DNA of 63,973 nucleotides, counting the filler, from Reticulomyxa filosa (lineage: Eukaryota; Protista; Foraminifera), in NCBI GenBank assembly GCA_000512085.1. It is 15 parts of 15 records of this genome, joined end to end, with 100 filler letters (N's around TTAATTAATTAA, not from the genome) between each part and the next. Parts side by side here need not be neighbours in the genome. Positions count along the whole stretch, not along the records: positions 40,235 to 54,405 come from ASPP01006876.1; 14 more parts are not named here. One strand, given 5' to 3'. The notes under the pieces are model-generated. The model had not been told where the DNA came from, did no database searches, and saw nothing but the letters and a program-made list of their open reading frames with translations. This document shows, one piece after another, positions 40,280-53,039 of this stretch; within the stretch, counting starts at the first letter, position 1; each line of letters starts with the position of its first letter. Position numbers and translations under genes: made by a program.

Positions 40280-43215
40280 GTGAAAAAAAAGGCAACTCGA
40301 TTAAAAGCCTCAATGGAATGCGCGATTCACGTGAAAGAGAAAGAAAGCACGAATGGACAAGACGTGACGGATTTGATGACATGCAGTTTGGAAATGCCAC
40401 ACTACAAGAAGGACTGGTCGGGACAGTTTGAGATTCAATGGTATCGCAACTACTACAATTCGTCACAGCGAATAGCGATCGAGGATGCGTGTGATAGCAC
40501 GTATGTGTTGAGTGCGGACGACATTGGAGCAATGATCCAAGTGGGCGTGACCAGCGTGTTAAACAAAGACGTGAAGGAGTACTCATCGATGATCGGACCC
40601 GTTCATCTCAGTAAGACAATCAGTGACCTCGTGTGTCAACATTTGGAAAAGCTGTCCACGAATCACGATATTGAATTTCAATTGACGCCCAATCCCGTCG
40701 ACGCCACGACCATGGCCCTGTTGAGTGCTCACTTGCAAAAATCCAAGACTTTGGTCATCCATTTCAATCGTCAAAAGGTGAAACTTCGAAACAGCAAAAA
40801 CATTACCATTTTAAAGCAGTCGTACAACTCTGGTCTGCGCATCAAATTGCACGCCTATTCTCACTTCTCCACATCCGCGTCCGACGTCAAGGACACTTTA
40901 TCCGAGACCGGCGCTCCGATATCTATTCGCTTCAAACAGTCGGGAGAGACCTTTCAATTGTTGGCCAAAACCGACGTCGAAAGAGAGCTATTGGCCATTT
41001 TGTTACGAACGTGTTGTCAGCAAGCGCAAGTTTTACTTTTCTCTTTGTAATACAAATAATCATAATTGAATGTATATATGTATATATTTATATATTTAAT
41101 TGTGGTTATTTATGTTATTTTCCTTTTTCCCCCCCTTTTTTTTTTTTCAAAAAAAAAAAAAAAAAAAAAAAAATTGAAAAATCTATAGAATGACAGTCAT
41201 CCGAATATTCGTGTATATCAACACGTGAAAAACTCGAATGAAATGGAAAGTTTCGAACTCGGAGCACAGTCGACAGCAGCTGCGAATACGGAGCAAGCGT
41301 TTATTTCCAAAATGCTTGAGCCATACTACAAGAGCAAACGTCAGTCGGGAACGAACGGGTCAACGACGGTTTCGCGCAAAGCCACGCTCACCGCTGACAG
41401 CACCAGTCACTTGGACTTTTTTTCATTCTCTTCGGATATTCCCACGTCAGCCATGGCCTCTCCAACGACTGCGAGAGATAAAGGCAAAGACAAAGATGTT
41501 TCGACAACTTTGCGTGACGTGGATGATTTATTCCCGTTATTTGAGTCCAATGATCCCGCCACTCAACAAGCATCTTCTGTTTCTACGACCACGGCGACAA
41601 CAAAGCCGTCGCAGGCAATAGCGGGACCCAATTTCAGCGATTTGTTGGGCGCTGTGGGAACCACTTCTGCCATTACTGCGGCCATCACGGACAAACATAA
41701 TGATCTGCTCGACCTTGCTAATTCCAATGACACGGAGGTACAAGGGGGAAGGAGGAGGAGGAACAGAGGCCAATGAAAATGATAAGAGTGGAGCGTGGAA
41801 AAAATTGGAATTGATCGACGCGTCACAGGCCAAAGTGGCAACTGAAGAAGACCTGGCCAAAGTGTCGTTTGAAATGGCCCCTGGACCTGGGTCCAAAACT
41901 CGAAAAAAAACTGGAAAACAAGCTTTTGTTTCCAAAAAAAAAAATATGCTACTAAGGCTGCTAATTCCAATTCACAACTAAATACAAATACAAATGCAAA
42001 TATAAATGCAAATATAAATACAAATATAAATGCAAATGCAAATACGAATAATAGTACAACAGATACAAATGACCCCCACTGTCATCAGTGACCACACTCA
42101 ACGATATTTACTCGAATTTGGATGTCGGAGAGAAAGCTCAGACTCTATCGCGAATAAAAGACGAGGCCACGACAGATTTACTAAACGCGATGCCTGGATC
42201 GCCCGCCTTGTTCTCCTCCGACTCCACGGCGTTTGCATTGGATTGGAACAAAAACACCAAAGACAAAGATAAAGACAAGGATCAGGACAACAAAGACGAT
42301 AACTCGCCTTTTATGCTGTCAGAGAATACGACTGACAACAATGACAATGAATCCAAAATTGAGCCGGTGACGAACTTGCTTGTGAGTGCCAAAATTGCTG
42401 ACAAATTGGACTACACAATTGAAAATGGACAGGTGGCCAAGTTTAACATTACCAGTACTTTGGTCATTGCTGTGAAACCTGTGCCTACCAAAGACATTTG
42501 CTTCGATGTAAAAATTGCCAGTTTGCAAGAGTCGATCGCATTGTCTTTTTCGTCTTTTGCGCATTTGAAGACTCCCAATGTCGATGAAATTGTGCAAATC
42601 AATTACCCTGCCAACAAGGAAGAAGTGCCTGTGCTCACGTGTTCTTGGAAAGTTATTCCTCTGTCCATCTGTCCGGTCATGATTAGGATCCTCAAAGATA
42701 TCCAATCCTCTCGTGCTTTACTGCATTGCAAATTGAAATTAAATCCCAAATATGCTGCTTTCAATATTAGTACACTCACCGTTGAGGCAAAGTGCATCCC
42801 TGATGATGCCTCCCTTCAAACATGCATCGAACGTGTCCCATCCCAAAATGATGATCTATGTCAATTCTTTTGGCCCAACGATGATCAATCACATGCGTTT
42901 ATGTGGAAAATCTACAAATTTGTTGGCACAAGTATTTTCTTTTTTTTTTTTTACTGTGTATGCGTACACAAATGAATGATGCACATGGATGTATTAAACA
43001 TAGGGAAAGAAAACAAACTAGATCAACTTGATTTGAAAGCAAACTTTGAAACTACCAAACCTTTGACTGACTTTGATGTTAGATGTTCATTTGTCATTGA
43101 AGATTTTGCTGTCTCCAAAATGTATTTGACAGAACCGCAGTATAAACAATCTGTCACTTTTCAAGACTTTGTTCATGTTCGAACGGTCCGTTCTGGAGAT
43201 TTTGTTGTTCGATGA
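40280..43215 (+). CDS. Ig-like + PH module (SCAB/AIR9-like), disordered linker, C-terminal mu-homology-like domain
   Basis: IQWYR..TYVLSADDIG..GPV (AIR9/SCAB Ig). FQLLAKTDVERELLAILLR (SCAB-type PH helix). SAKIADKLDYTIENGQV..ITSTL and terminal VRSGDF (muniscin/mu-homology-like). Homopolymer frameshifts ~41745 and ~41940. Confidence 0.55.
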
Positions 43216-44466
43216 TTTATCCAATCAAGCGTTTTCATTCCTTGTGCTCTTTTTTTTTTTTTGCTTTCTCTCTTTTCAATGTTTGAATTTTTGCTTGTTG
43301 CTTTGAACATATTTAAATGCCAGCAACTACCTGCAAAATTCATTGAAAAACAATCCCCCAGGGAAAAACTGTTTGATGGGCAGTTTGTGAATGATATTGT
43401 TGTCCAACTTTAGGGGGGTTTATTTCGTAAATTGATGACCTTCATACACGTTTTGGTAATCTTACATTTAAATGTTCAATCTCAAAACTGTTCCAAAAAA
43501 ATTTGAATGCACAATACAACAACGCAGCAAATTTCAAAAGAATAAGAAACTGCAAAAATCTCATCATTGAAAGCATTTTTTTGCAAAATTAAAGATATTA
43601 TTTCATTCTAATGTAGAAAGGGAGCTCAGCTAACGAAAACGTAGAAGAAAATTGAGGATAAAAAAACAGGATGTTTTATTTTATGAGTTGAGTTATTACA
43701 ACTTTGGAGTCAGTTATGACTCATGTATCACTACACTAATATGATGAAACCGGAAAACTGTATTTTTTCGTATTACTATTCTATGATTTTGTTAATTCTC
43801 CATATGTAACACAATATATCTGATCAATTCAAATGCAAAATTTTGGAAAGACAGATAAAAGATTAATGTGTATTTGAAAACTTCAACACTTTAAATATTT
43901 TTAAAAATTTGATTATGTTGATTTTTCATATAGAAAATCGATTATTATTTTAGAGTGCTATCACAATTGGAAATGTTTCCACTTTACAAATAATAATCCA
44001 AATGTATAATTCAAACATAACACGACAATCGCTTTCACTTACATTCTTTTAATAAAGTGAACGCACAAACTGATTGTTGAGAAATAATCATTCTCAATTT
44101 TAAATAATGCCAAATTGTTTTTTTTTTGAAAAAAGGATTAAAAATTTATCAATGCAGCTTTATACTTTTTGATCACTGCATAAATGTACTGTTTAAATAT
44201 TCTATTGCTTGAACACATCCAAGTAAAACAACAAGAGTGTCCATTTAAACCTTATTGTTTTCATGGACATTAAGCACGAGTGAACAACAGCTTATTTTTA
44301 TCTGTATATTATGTGATTAGGAGTAAATTTCTTAGGATTTTTATAAACAAAATCGAAATTTGTAACTTTAAGGGATTGCATAGATGCAAAACAGGAGTAT
44401 TTAACTTTTGTGTCTTGGATTTGTATCCAAAAAAGAAGGAATTTGAAATCAAGTTGGGAGATTGGA

Positions 44467-46412
44467 TTACTTTTTCCTTTGGTTTAGAAAGGGGTTAGTC
44501 CATTGACGGTTTGCACAATGGTCATAGCCAAAATTAATTTTGATAGATTGAGAAGACGGATACAATGGTTTTTCGTCATCCCAATTTTGTGACCATGCAC
44601 TGCCTAAAGTTGTGGTCAATGAAGTAAAGTTTTTGTTATTGGTAATTTTTTTTGCAGGAAATTCTGGAACCACACATTTGTCCGTTGAGCGAGCGCAAAG
44701 AGTGCTCCTTTGTTTATTGTTGAGTTCAGAAGTAGTGACAATCCCATATGCTCTACATTTTGATGAAGCATTTTTATCATAATTAAGAGAGCAATCAGAT
44801 GTGACATTCATGGATTTCGTGAATGTGCAATGACAAGAGAGACTTTGTCTCAAAGAATACTGATCCGAGTAAGAAAATGCTGTTGCAAGGAACGATTTTT
44901 CCAAAGACTGTGAAGCAGTTGCAGACATGGCTATAAGTGAACCGAATTCACTTTGTGCAAAATATGCAATTTTGGTTCCTTTTCATCGTATTCAACAAAA
45001 TTATCCAATCCAGAAACTTCAATGATATTTTTATGATAATTGCGAAATGATGGCTGATGATGCTTGGCGTGATCCATTTTGGGCAAAGCCTCATACATTT
45101 TTCCAAAGGCGGACATATACTGCGTCAGATCAATGGCATCAGAAGATTGGTTTGTCTTGCGCGTGTCAAATGGATATAAGATCACATTGTGATGGCGTCC
45201 AGAGCACATAATATAATGAGCGTCACGACATTCAAAGATGTTGATTCTTGTGAACAGACCACTTTGAAACAAATCAAAGTCATATCTCCTCCATTTCTGC
45301 AAAGGACGAGACACGGCAAGCATTCGCTCATCATATAAAGAGATACCATGGACCCCTGCAGTGGCTATCCATTGTTTATATTGTCCAATTGCGCTACACG
45401 TGTCAAAGTGCAGTACTTTGTGTGCCAACTTGCCGCCGATTCGGAGATCCAAGCACAGCAATTCCACGTCTGTTCCGATCCTTATCACTTTTGGATGGCT
45501 ATTCCACAAAAGCGTGCCCCAAGGTAGTCTCACTTTATTGCCTGAGAATTTCAAATCGATCTTTTCTCCTCTTGTCTTTGCGTCCCACACGTTCTTCACA
45601 AACAATACCCCATCGTCCGTCAAGAAGGCGATATTCGGCAGAGATTTCGATTCCAGAGCAAATGGCAAGTCACAAAAGCTGCCATGTAATATACGGTGAC
45701 GTTGGAACGACCAATCCGCCAACGCCTTCACTTGCAGTTGTGTCGACGCCCTCAGAGAGGACAAGTGAACCGAGTGTTGCGAATAGCCGCATGCTATACC
45801 GCTTGGGTTATCCCTATTTGACCCTGCCATCAAACCAATCAACGGTTTCTGTTGTTCATTATTGCTTTCAAATACTAATTTATTGTCTGTTATTTTTTCG
45901 TTCTGTTTTTTCCAAACAAAACAAAACAAAAAAAAAGTTGAACTTTCTTTTTTCAATACATAATTGCCGTGTGAAACTTAACCCATGTACTAATGCGATA
46001 TTTATTCAACCTTTCCCCAGAGGAGTGCATAAACACTTTGTGTTTTCCTACTTGCAGGACTTTGACTGTTGATCCAGACATTGCATGGTAAAAATGTTCA
46101 TCCCATTGATAGGTAGGTTTTGGTGCGTTTTTGGGAGGTCTTCCTCTTTTCCCTTGTATTTGCCGGAATAAATAGTTTTTCTCTAAATATATCCGCGGGT
46201 TCAAGTTTTCATTTTTAAAGATGAGGTTGCATTGGATTTGTTGTTCTGATTGCAGCATGAGTGCCGGTTCAATTTTTAAATATGAAATAGGGGCAGACAA
46301 TTTTATCAACTTCGAATGCTCATTGTTACTCAATTTGGCTTTGATGCCGTCAGAATAAGGGATAGAATATAATTTTCGAGTATGTAAAACCTTATTATGC
46401 TTATTTTGACAT
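44467..46412 (-). CDS. Beta-propeller protein resembling TAF1C/Rrn6 (Pol I core factor subunit)
   Basis: LHGSF..NIAFLTDDGVLFV..PWGTLLWNSHPKVIRIG..LLCLDLR..LYDERM..PLQKW follows the TAF1C/Rrn6 motif order. Boundaries need 1-nt corrections. Confidence 0.5.
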
Positions 46413-46481
46413 TAGAAGCTCTTCCGTTTATTTAAAAAAAAACTTGTATACACCAAAAATGGACACCATCCTATTATTTTT

Positions 46482-48378
46482 TTAGTGAACATCGAGGAGT
46501 TGAAAAAACGCATTGATAATGACAACGCATAGTGCTAATACATACAAAACAATTGACCTCCACTCGGTAACAGCTCTTTTCTTTATTTTGTAGTGCCGTT
46601 GTTTGAAATCTTCATCGATGAGCCATGAAACCTGGATAATCTTTAACGTGAGGAATCGTCCAATGATAAACCCGACAAACTCCAAAACGGCCATAACGGC
46701 ATATTGGGCAATGATGGTGGACATTTCCTTACTGCTTGTCGATCCCAAAGTCGGATAAACAGTTCGCAGATAATAATGAATAAACACATAAAAATAACAA
46801 ATACAATAATGGAAAAGATGTCTGCAATATTCGATTGAGCGTAGTTTATGTAATTGTCAATGACCTCCCCCATTTCCTTCAACTTTGAATCGGAGACCTC
46901 AGTCATTCGTTTAGAGTCTGATGGCGACGCAGGCTTTGAGTTATTGTCATCACGCATGCTGTCATTATTGATGTCCCCATTGTCATCACCAACGCTGTTG
47001 TTGTAGCCAGGATTGTTGGACGCGGTGGCGGAGGTCAAGCGAGTCGCACTCAACAAATGCCAACAATTGTTCTTGAAACAGGCAATGATGGCCTTCTTTA
47101 GGGCAAAGTAATGGGGAGTGGATTGAAAGAGATTGCTCCCAATTTCAAAGATTATTTGTGATAGTGAAAATACAAACAACGTCGGCCAGCTTTGTTCTGA
47201 CAAAAATAAGCCACGGTAGAGAATGATATGAAACGTATAATTCCAATACCTTTTTCAAAAACAAATAAACAAACAAACAAATAAAAAGTCAGAACTTGAA
47301 TTACGTATACATTCTACAAGTTGCTTGTTTGTAAGAATGGGACTTTAACCAGTAATATCGTTTCCAGTCCAAATAATGGACGGGATACAATAGCGAGGAG
47401 ACGAATTTGAAAAAAAAGGACCAAAGTATTTTAGCAATACTGAAGAAGAAGGCTAGAAATGACTGCACAACCGGACGATTGGCACTCTGCTTGTACACTT
47501 GCGAGAATATCGACAAATACACGTACAGCACAATAAATGTCATATATCCTATCACGAGACGCGGCCAATATCGAAGCAGTCGTTTGAACGAATGGCCGGA
47601 ATCACTTGGTGTGTGATACATTATAAACACAAACCAAGGGAATAGTATGATATTGGACAATATCAACGTGAATGGATATATCAAATTCAATATTGCCAAT
47701 GGTAATGGCAACGACAACACCGCCAAGTAAATTATCAGATTGAACACCAACGAACCTATCATTACTTTTTTTGGGACTATTGTCCCCCCCCCGCATGTAC
47801 ACACGTGCATGCATGTACACTCGTCAACATGCAAGTGGCACAATCATCGATCAAATAAATAAATAATAAATATATATATATATAATATGTATATATAATA
47901 TGTATATATAATATGTATATATAATATGTAATATGTAAACTGAACTCGGCTGAAGATCTTTTGTGTTGGAAATCACACTGTCCAATTGATAATGGGTATA
48001 CAACACCGAAATAGAGCAGTTAAAGAAGGCATAGACTCCATTGATCACAAACTTGAGATAATAGTTCTGGAACGAGTTATTGGGCGAATTATTCAGAGGC
48101 AAACCAAGCAATAACCACAGGAACGATATCAATGGAGGAATCCCAAATCGTAAGTACATCACCATAAACATCGGCATATGTTGTCCTTTTTCATTGGTAT
48201 CGTCTTCATCAAGGATAGGATATAGTGCATTAGCCTGCTTTGCCAAACCTTCGTATATGCCTCCAATTGTTGCTCCACGACGGCGACGTACCTCACCGCC
48301 ACTTGGCGAGTCCATTGTCCATTCAGGTACCGGCTCTTCGCTGAGTTTGGCATTTTTCGCCATATCCAGGGAGGCCAT
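46482..48378 (-). CDS. Multi-pass membrane protein of unknown family, multi-exon
   Basis: About 9-10 hydrophobic segments over ORFs 47851-48378, 47301-47843, 46643-47203 and 46482-46787, with one apparent frameshift in a T-run ~46790. Confidence 0.65.
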
Positions 48379-48657
48379 TTTAGTTTTGTAGGAATGTCTT
48401 AATACTATGCACGATCCCGAGTCTACAACGTTTGCAATGTCGAATTTTGAATCCCACCAGCTCCCGAGGACAGGAAAAGTAAATTACGCAAATACACAAG
48501 GGATTGAAAAACAGCATATATAAAAGGCGAAAATTTTTTTCATTAACGATTTACGAAATAACGACTATATTTTTTCTCTTTTCGAAACGGAGTAAGGAAT
48601 TATAAGGTAACGAAAGGAAAAAAACCAAAGTGGTTGGACTTCTAACATCCTTTGAAA

Positions 48658-51600
48658 ATGTCGATATTTCCACCTCAACTATTAAAAGTGAAAAGTAATA
48701 ATTCAACAAGCCTTGGAGAACATAACGAGATAAGAAATGTAAGCGCCATAAATCAGCCACGTTTTCGGCCGGAGACGGCTGGTTGTTTGCTCCTATAATA
48801 ACCACAGAATTCGCAGCACCTCTTTCTCCATCGCCATTTCTGATTGCAGTAAATGCAGCCCCTGCACATTTTATGGTGGAAGCCCCGTTACAAAGCTGTT
48901 GGATTGAGCAGAATTCCATGAATACGCCTGATATAAGGGATAGCCGTGAGTATTTGACCAAATTTGTGGAGAAGCACAAGACCAAACGGTCGAAGAAATA
49001 TTCCAAGCAGAACATGTGACGTATACGTATTTGCAAAACAACACATAAAGACACATATATACGTCTTCTGATGGAAACTATAACATTATAATTTTTTTCT
49101 TCCATAGGAGCACTGAACCAGTGATTGACAAAACTGTCAATATCAACCCTCCAAATAAAAATAACTTTAACACGGACAAATTACAAGTGAATGATTTCAA
49201 GACAGATCGAGAACAGGAGAGCGTTGATTCTTTGTTTGACGTAACGGACAGTGACAGAGAAGAGCCGAAAATGGGCAAGCATATTCGAACAGAACATAGA
49301 AGTAACCGTCAGTATACACGTACGCTTACAAATGAGAGCAAAAGCAAAAGTAAAAGCAAAAGCAAAAGTAGAAACAATAACGCGGAAGAAGCAAATGAAC
49401 AATTGGAAAATGAACCTAATGTAATCCATGCAGCAAGCATCCGCTATCGATCTAGCACGTCTCTAAGAAGTCACTGTCTGTCCGTCGACAATGTTGTCAA
49501 CAACAGTCTTAAACCGGGAGAAAAGATTAATTTGGTTTTTGCACCTGTGACAAGTAAAAGTTTTTTATATATTTTTAAAAAGTCGCTTTTTTTTTTTTTG
49601 TGATTAAAAAAAAAAATATCCAAAAAATATTAGATGACATTGGAAGCGACGGAGAAGAGCAAGCAAAATTAAAAGGCAATTTGAAAAAAATGGACAACAA
49701 GACAGAACGTCAGACATTCGACGATGATGTGATGTCAAGCGTGATCAATTCAATCGATAGTGACGACTTAGAGAAGCTAAGATACTTCGGTTCCTCTCGA
49801 TCATTGAACCGTATATTAAGGGGTCATCGCAAAGTCGTCGAGACAACAAAGACAAAAGCGGGACCTAATGACGATATTGGAAGCATTGGCAGCAGATCCA
49901 GCAACAGCAGTGACAGAAAAAACAACGTAAAAATGAGATATCCCAACAAATGTTCGTCCATGAAGCATGATTTGGTATATCTGACGTCCTCCCCGTTGGT
50001 GATCCAGTCAATGGATAAGCTCGTTCCATTGATGCAATTGAACGTCAAAGAGGAACGAGATCGACTGTTCGAAACGCTACGTAGTTGCAGTGTACAATTG
50101 AGTGCGAAGCATGCGATTGCAACGTCTACATCCATGTTCAGTTCACTTACTAGTGGATGTCGTATTATGCACTACAGTGGACATGGATTGCCACAGGCTT
50201 TGATCTTCGAGGATTCCAAACACGTCGGAGTCGCTCATCCTTTCAGCTGCGACAACATTGCTCTTGCTTGTAGAGAGGCCAAGTGCGAGCCGGACCTCGT
50301 TTTTGCGAGTGCATGTCACAGCGAAGTTATAGGCATGTCTTTTTCACGACCAACAGCATATGTACACATAACATCAAATCAAAAAATGAAAATATGTACG
50401 CGTAAAAAAAAAAAAAAGGTAATGCATTTGTGGCGGCTGGTATCAAACACGTGATTGCAGTAAAAACCGAATTTGAGTTGAATGACGATGCCGCCAGTGA
50501 ATTTACAAACCATTTTTATCATAGCCTATTAAATTGCTACACAATCGCGGATGCATTTAAACATGCAAAAAACGCGGTGGTTGGCATGGCAGGCATCGGT
50601 AAGCAAGATGAAAAAAAGTTTGTGCTGTTGCCCGCGGACCCGACGGGACGTATCCACAACGTAAAGCTTTTCCACCCTGGCGAATTAATGAAAGGAGAGC
50701 TGCGAGATGATAGTGTGCCATTGCCTCCGACCAACTTACCCTCTCCGGTGCCTCATTTCATTGGTCGTAGTGCGGACATGGTCAAGGTGTTTCGATACTT
50801 GGTCGACAGCGGGACCAAAATGGTCGGATTGACGGGAATGGCTGGCATCGGCAAGTCTGCATTGGCGATTATGACTGCCACGTATTTATGCCATCGCTCA
50901 ATCTTTAAAGGGGGCGTGTTCTATATCGACGTCGCAAAGCTAATGTCCACTCATCCCACTTTGGAGTCAATGTTGGTCCATACCATGCAATCTCATGAAC
51001 GCTATCAGCATATCCCTCAGCACACTTTCTTGGGTGGTATGCACAAGTTCGATCGTTTGCTTTTGGTGTTTGACCATATCGACAAATTCGACTGCGAATT
51101 CATTATTGACGACTTCTCCAAAAGGAGCGAACGAGAAGAGACAACAGTATACAAAAGAAGGGAAGATGATAACGATGACGGCGATGACAACAATTGTAAT
51201 TATTATTGCGGTGACGAGGACAATGGTGATGAATATACCGATAATAATAACAGCAACGACATCAACGACAACAAGGACAAACAAAAATACACAAAAGATA
51301 ATAGGATTGAAGAAATCCGTAGTAAACTTTTAAAACGGAAACTTCAAAAAAACAAGGATGCGATAATCCGCTTTTTTAATACGCTATTCGATTCTGCGCG
51401 TAATGAAATCAAGGTGTTGGTTACATCAACGACCAAACGAGATGAATTGACTCAGATTCGTGGAGGAATGTTTCGTTACTATGATTGTCACGGACTGTCT
51501 TCCGAAGATTCTGCCAAATTGTTTCAAAAATTGGCCAATCAATTTCGATGGAAAGATGTCCACCAGCACCAAGAGTTTATGTCCCTGCTAGCAAATAATC

Positions 51601-52503
51601 CTGCTAAAATTCAACAAATTGCTCAATTGAAACATGTTCACGAGTGTGATGATTTGAACAAAATTATTCAACTGTACAAACAAAGAAAACACGACGAATA
51701 TGAATGCCTCCAAAAAAAACTTGGAGGCACTCCAAAGAATACTCCTCGGGCCGAGTCTGTTGCAATCAAAGTAGAGCCTCCGCCGCCATCATACTCAGAA
51801 CTTCCCTTGGATGATCTAATGCTCAGAGATAAAAGTGTTAAAAAGGTATCTTTCAAGGCTGTATATGATTATTTTCGAAACAAGTTTCAACGAGTATCGC
51901 TCGTCCGTCCATTGAAACAAGACGACATTCTCCAAATGTGTCAATCTATGATGGACCAAAATCAACACCTTGCAATAGATACCTTTGAATACTTGTATCA
52001 ATGGTTTACTGGAGTTTGCCAACTTGTCAGCGCATTGAAAGAACTCTGGACTGATGCCAACCCTTTCCGAATTTACGGATTTATCACTCGTGCCGATGCA
52101 GAAAAAAAACTACAAGTCTTTTTTTTTTTACACTGCATATTTAAAAGAAAAAAAAGAGCCATATCCCCCAATGCAATTAATATATAAGGTAACATATTTA
52201 CAATATTTTATGGAACAATAGTTTACAAAACCAGGCACGTTTTTGGTGCGATTTAGTACCACCAAAACTTCTTCGATTGCCATTTCGTACAGGGAATGGA
52301 ACCGTGAAGATACAACAGTTGCAACTGCGTCAGTGCAACACATCAGCGGATTGTTAGTTTTGGATGCAATGTTCTTGTTCAAAGGGTACCACTACCCCTT
52401 CACTTTGTCCCAGTTTATTACTCGGTATTCGAAACTTACTTATTTGTACTGTGACACACAAATCATTCCCAAAACACATGTGTTTTGGGAAAACGGAATG
52501 TAG
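48658..52503 (+). CDS. CHAT (caspase-like) protease + NB-ARC/STAND NTPase + STAT-type linker/SH2 fusion protein, multi-exon (start codon uncertain)
   Basis: HYSGHG (His 50182-84) and SACHS (Cys 50314-16). FIGR, Walker A GMAGIGKS (50835-58), Walker B LLLVFD, VLVTS, GLSSEDSAKLF. RPL..QWF..LW..IYGFITRADAEKKL..PGTFLVRFS..IAISY..LTYLY..IPK..F. Introns 50333-50418 and 52116-52221 join the ORFs in frame. Confidence 0.85.
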
Positions 52504-53039
52504 AAATATTCCATGGTATCATTATATACATAAATTATCTTTTTTTTCTTTCTTCAACTTTTTTGTTTTGTCCTGTTTTCTATTATTAGTTGTTATTGCC
52601 TTGCCTTTTTTGGATGTTTTGGGTGCATCGCAGAGGGAGAAGAAATACTAACAGAAAGTGTTATAGCAATAAAAAGAACAAATAGAAATCAAGAGACCAA
52701 ATTATACTCATTTGTAAAGTGTTTGTGTTTTGTGTTCTTTTGAATTATATGCGGTTTTCTGTGTCTTCTCCCTCTCTTTTGGTAGCTTTTTTTTTTTTCT
52801 TAAATTAGTATAGCAGCGAAACGCAGTTTATGGTGCATATGTTACAAGGGGGGAAGAATTTATTGTTTTGTAAATGAAATGTACGTTTTCCATCACATTA
52901 CAAATTTGATACTATTACTCTTTCATATCATTGCCCTTTCTCAAGAATGAATATTTTGTTTTTTAAACAAACATATACATATAACAACAAGAGAAAAATA
53001 TACTTCAAAATATCAAAAAAACAAATTAATAATAAATGT

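Noticed and set aside
51800-52503. Calling the SH2 gene a STAT transcription factor
   Set aside because: There is no DNA-binding domain upstream and no phosphorylatable tail tyrosine after the SH2.
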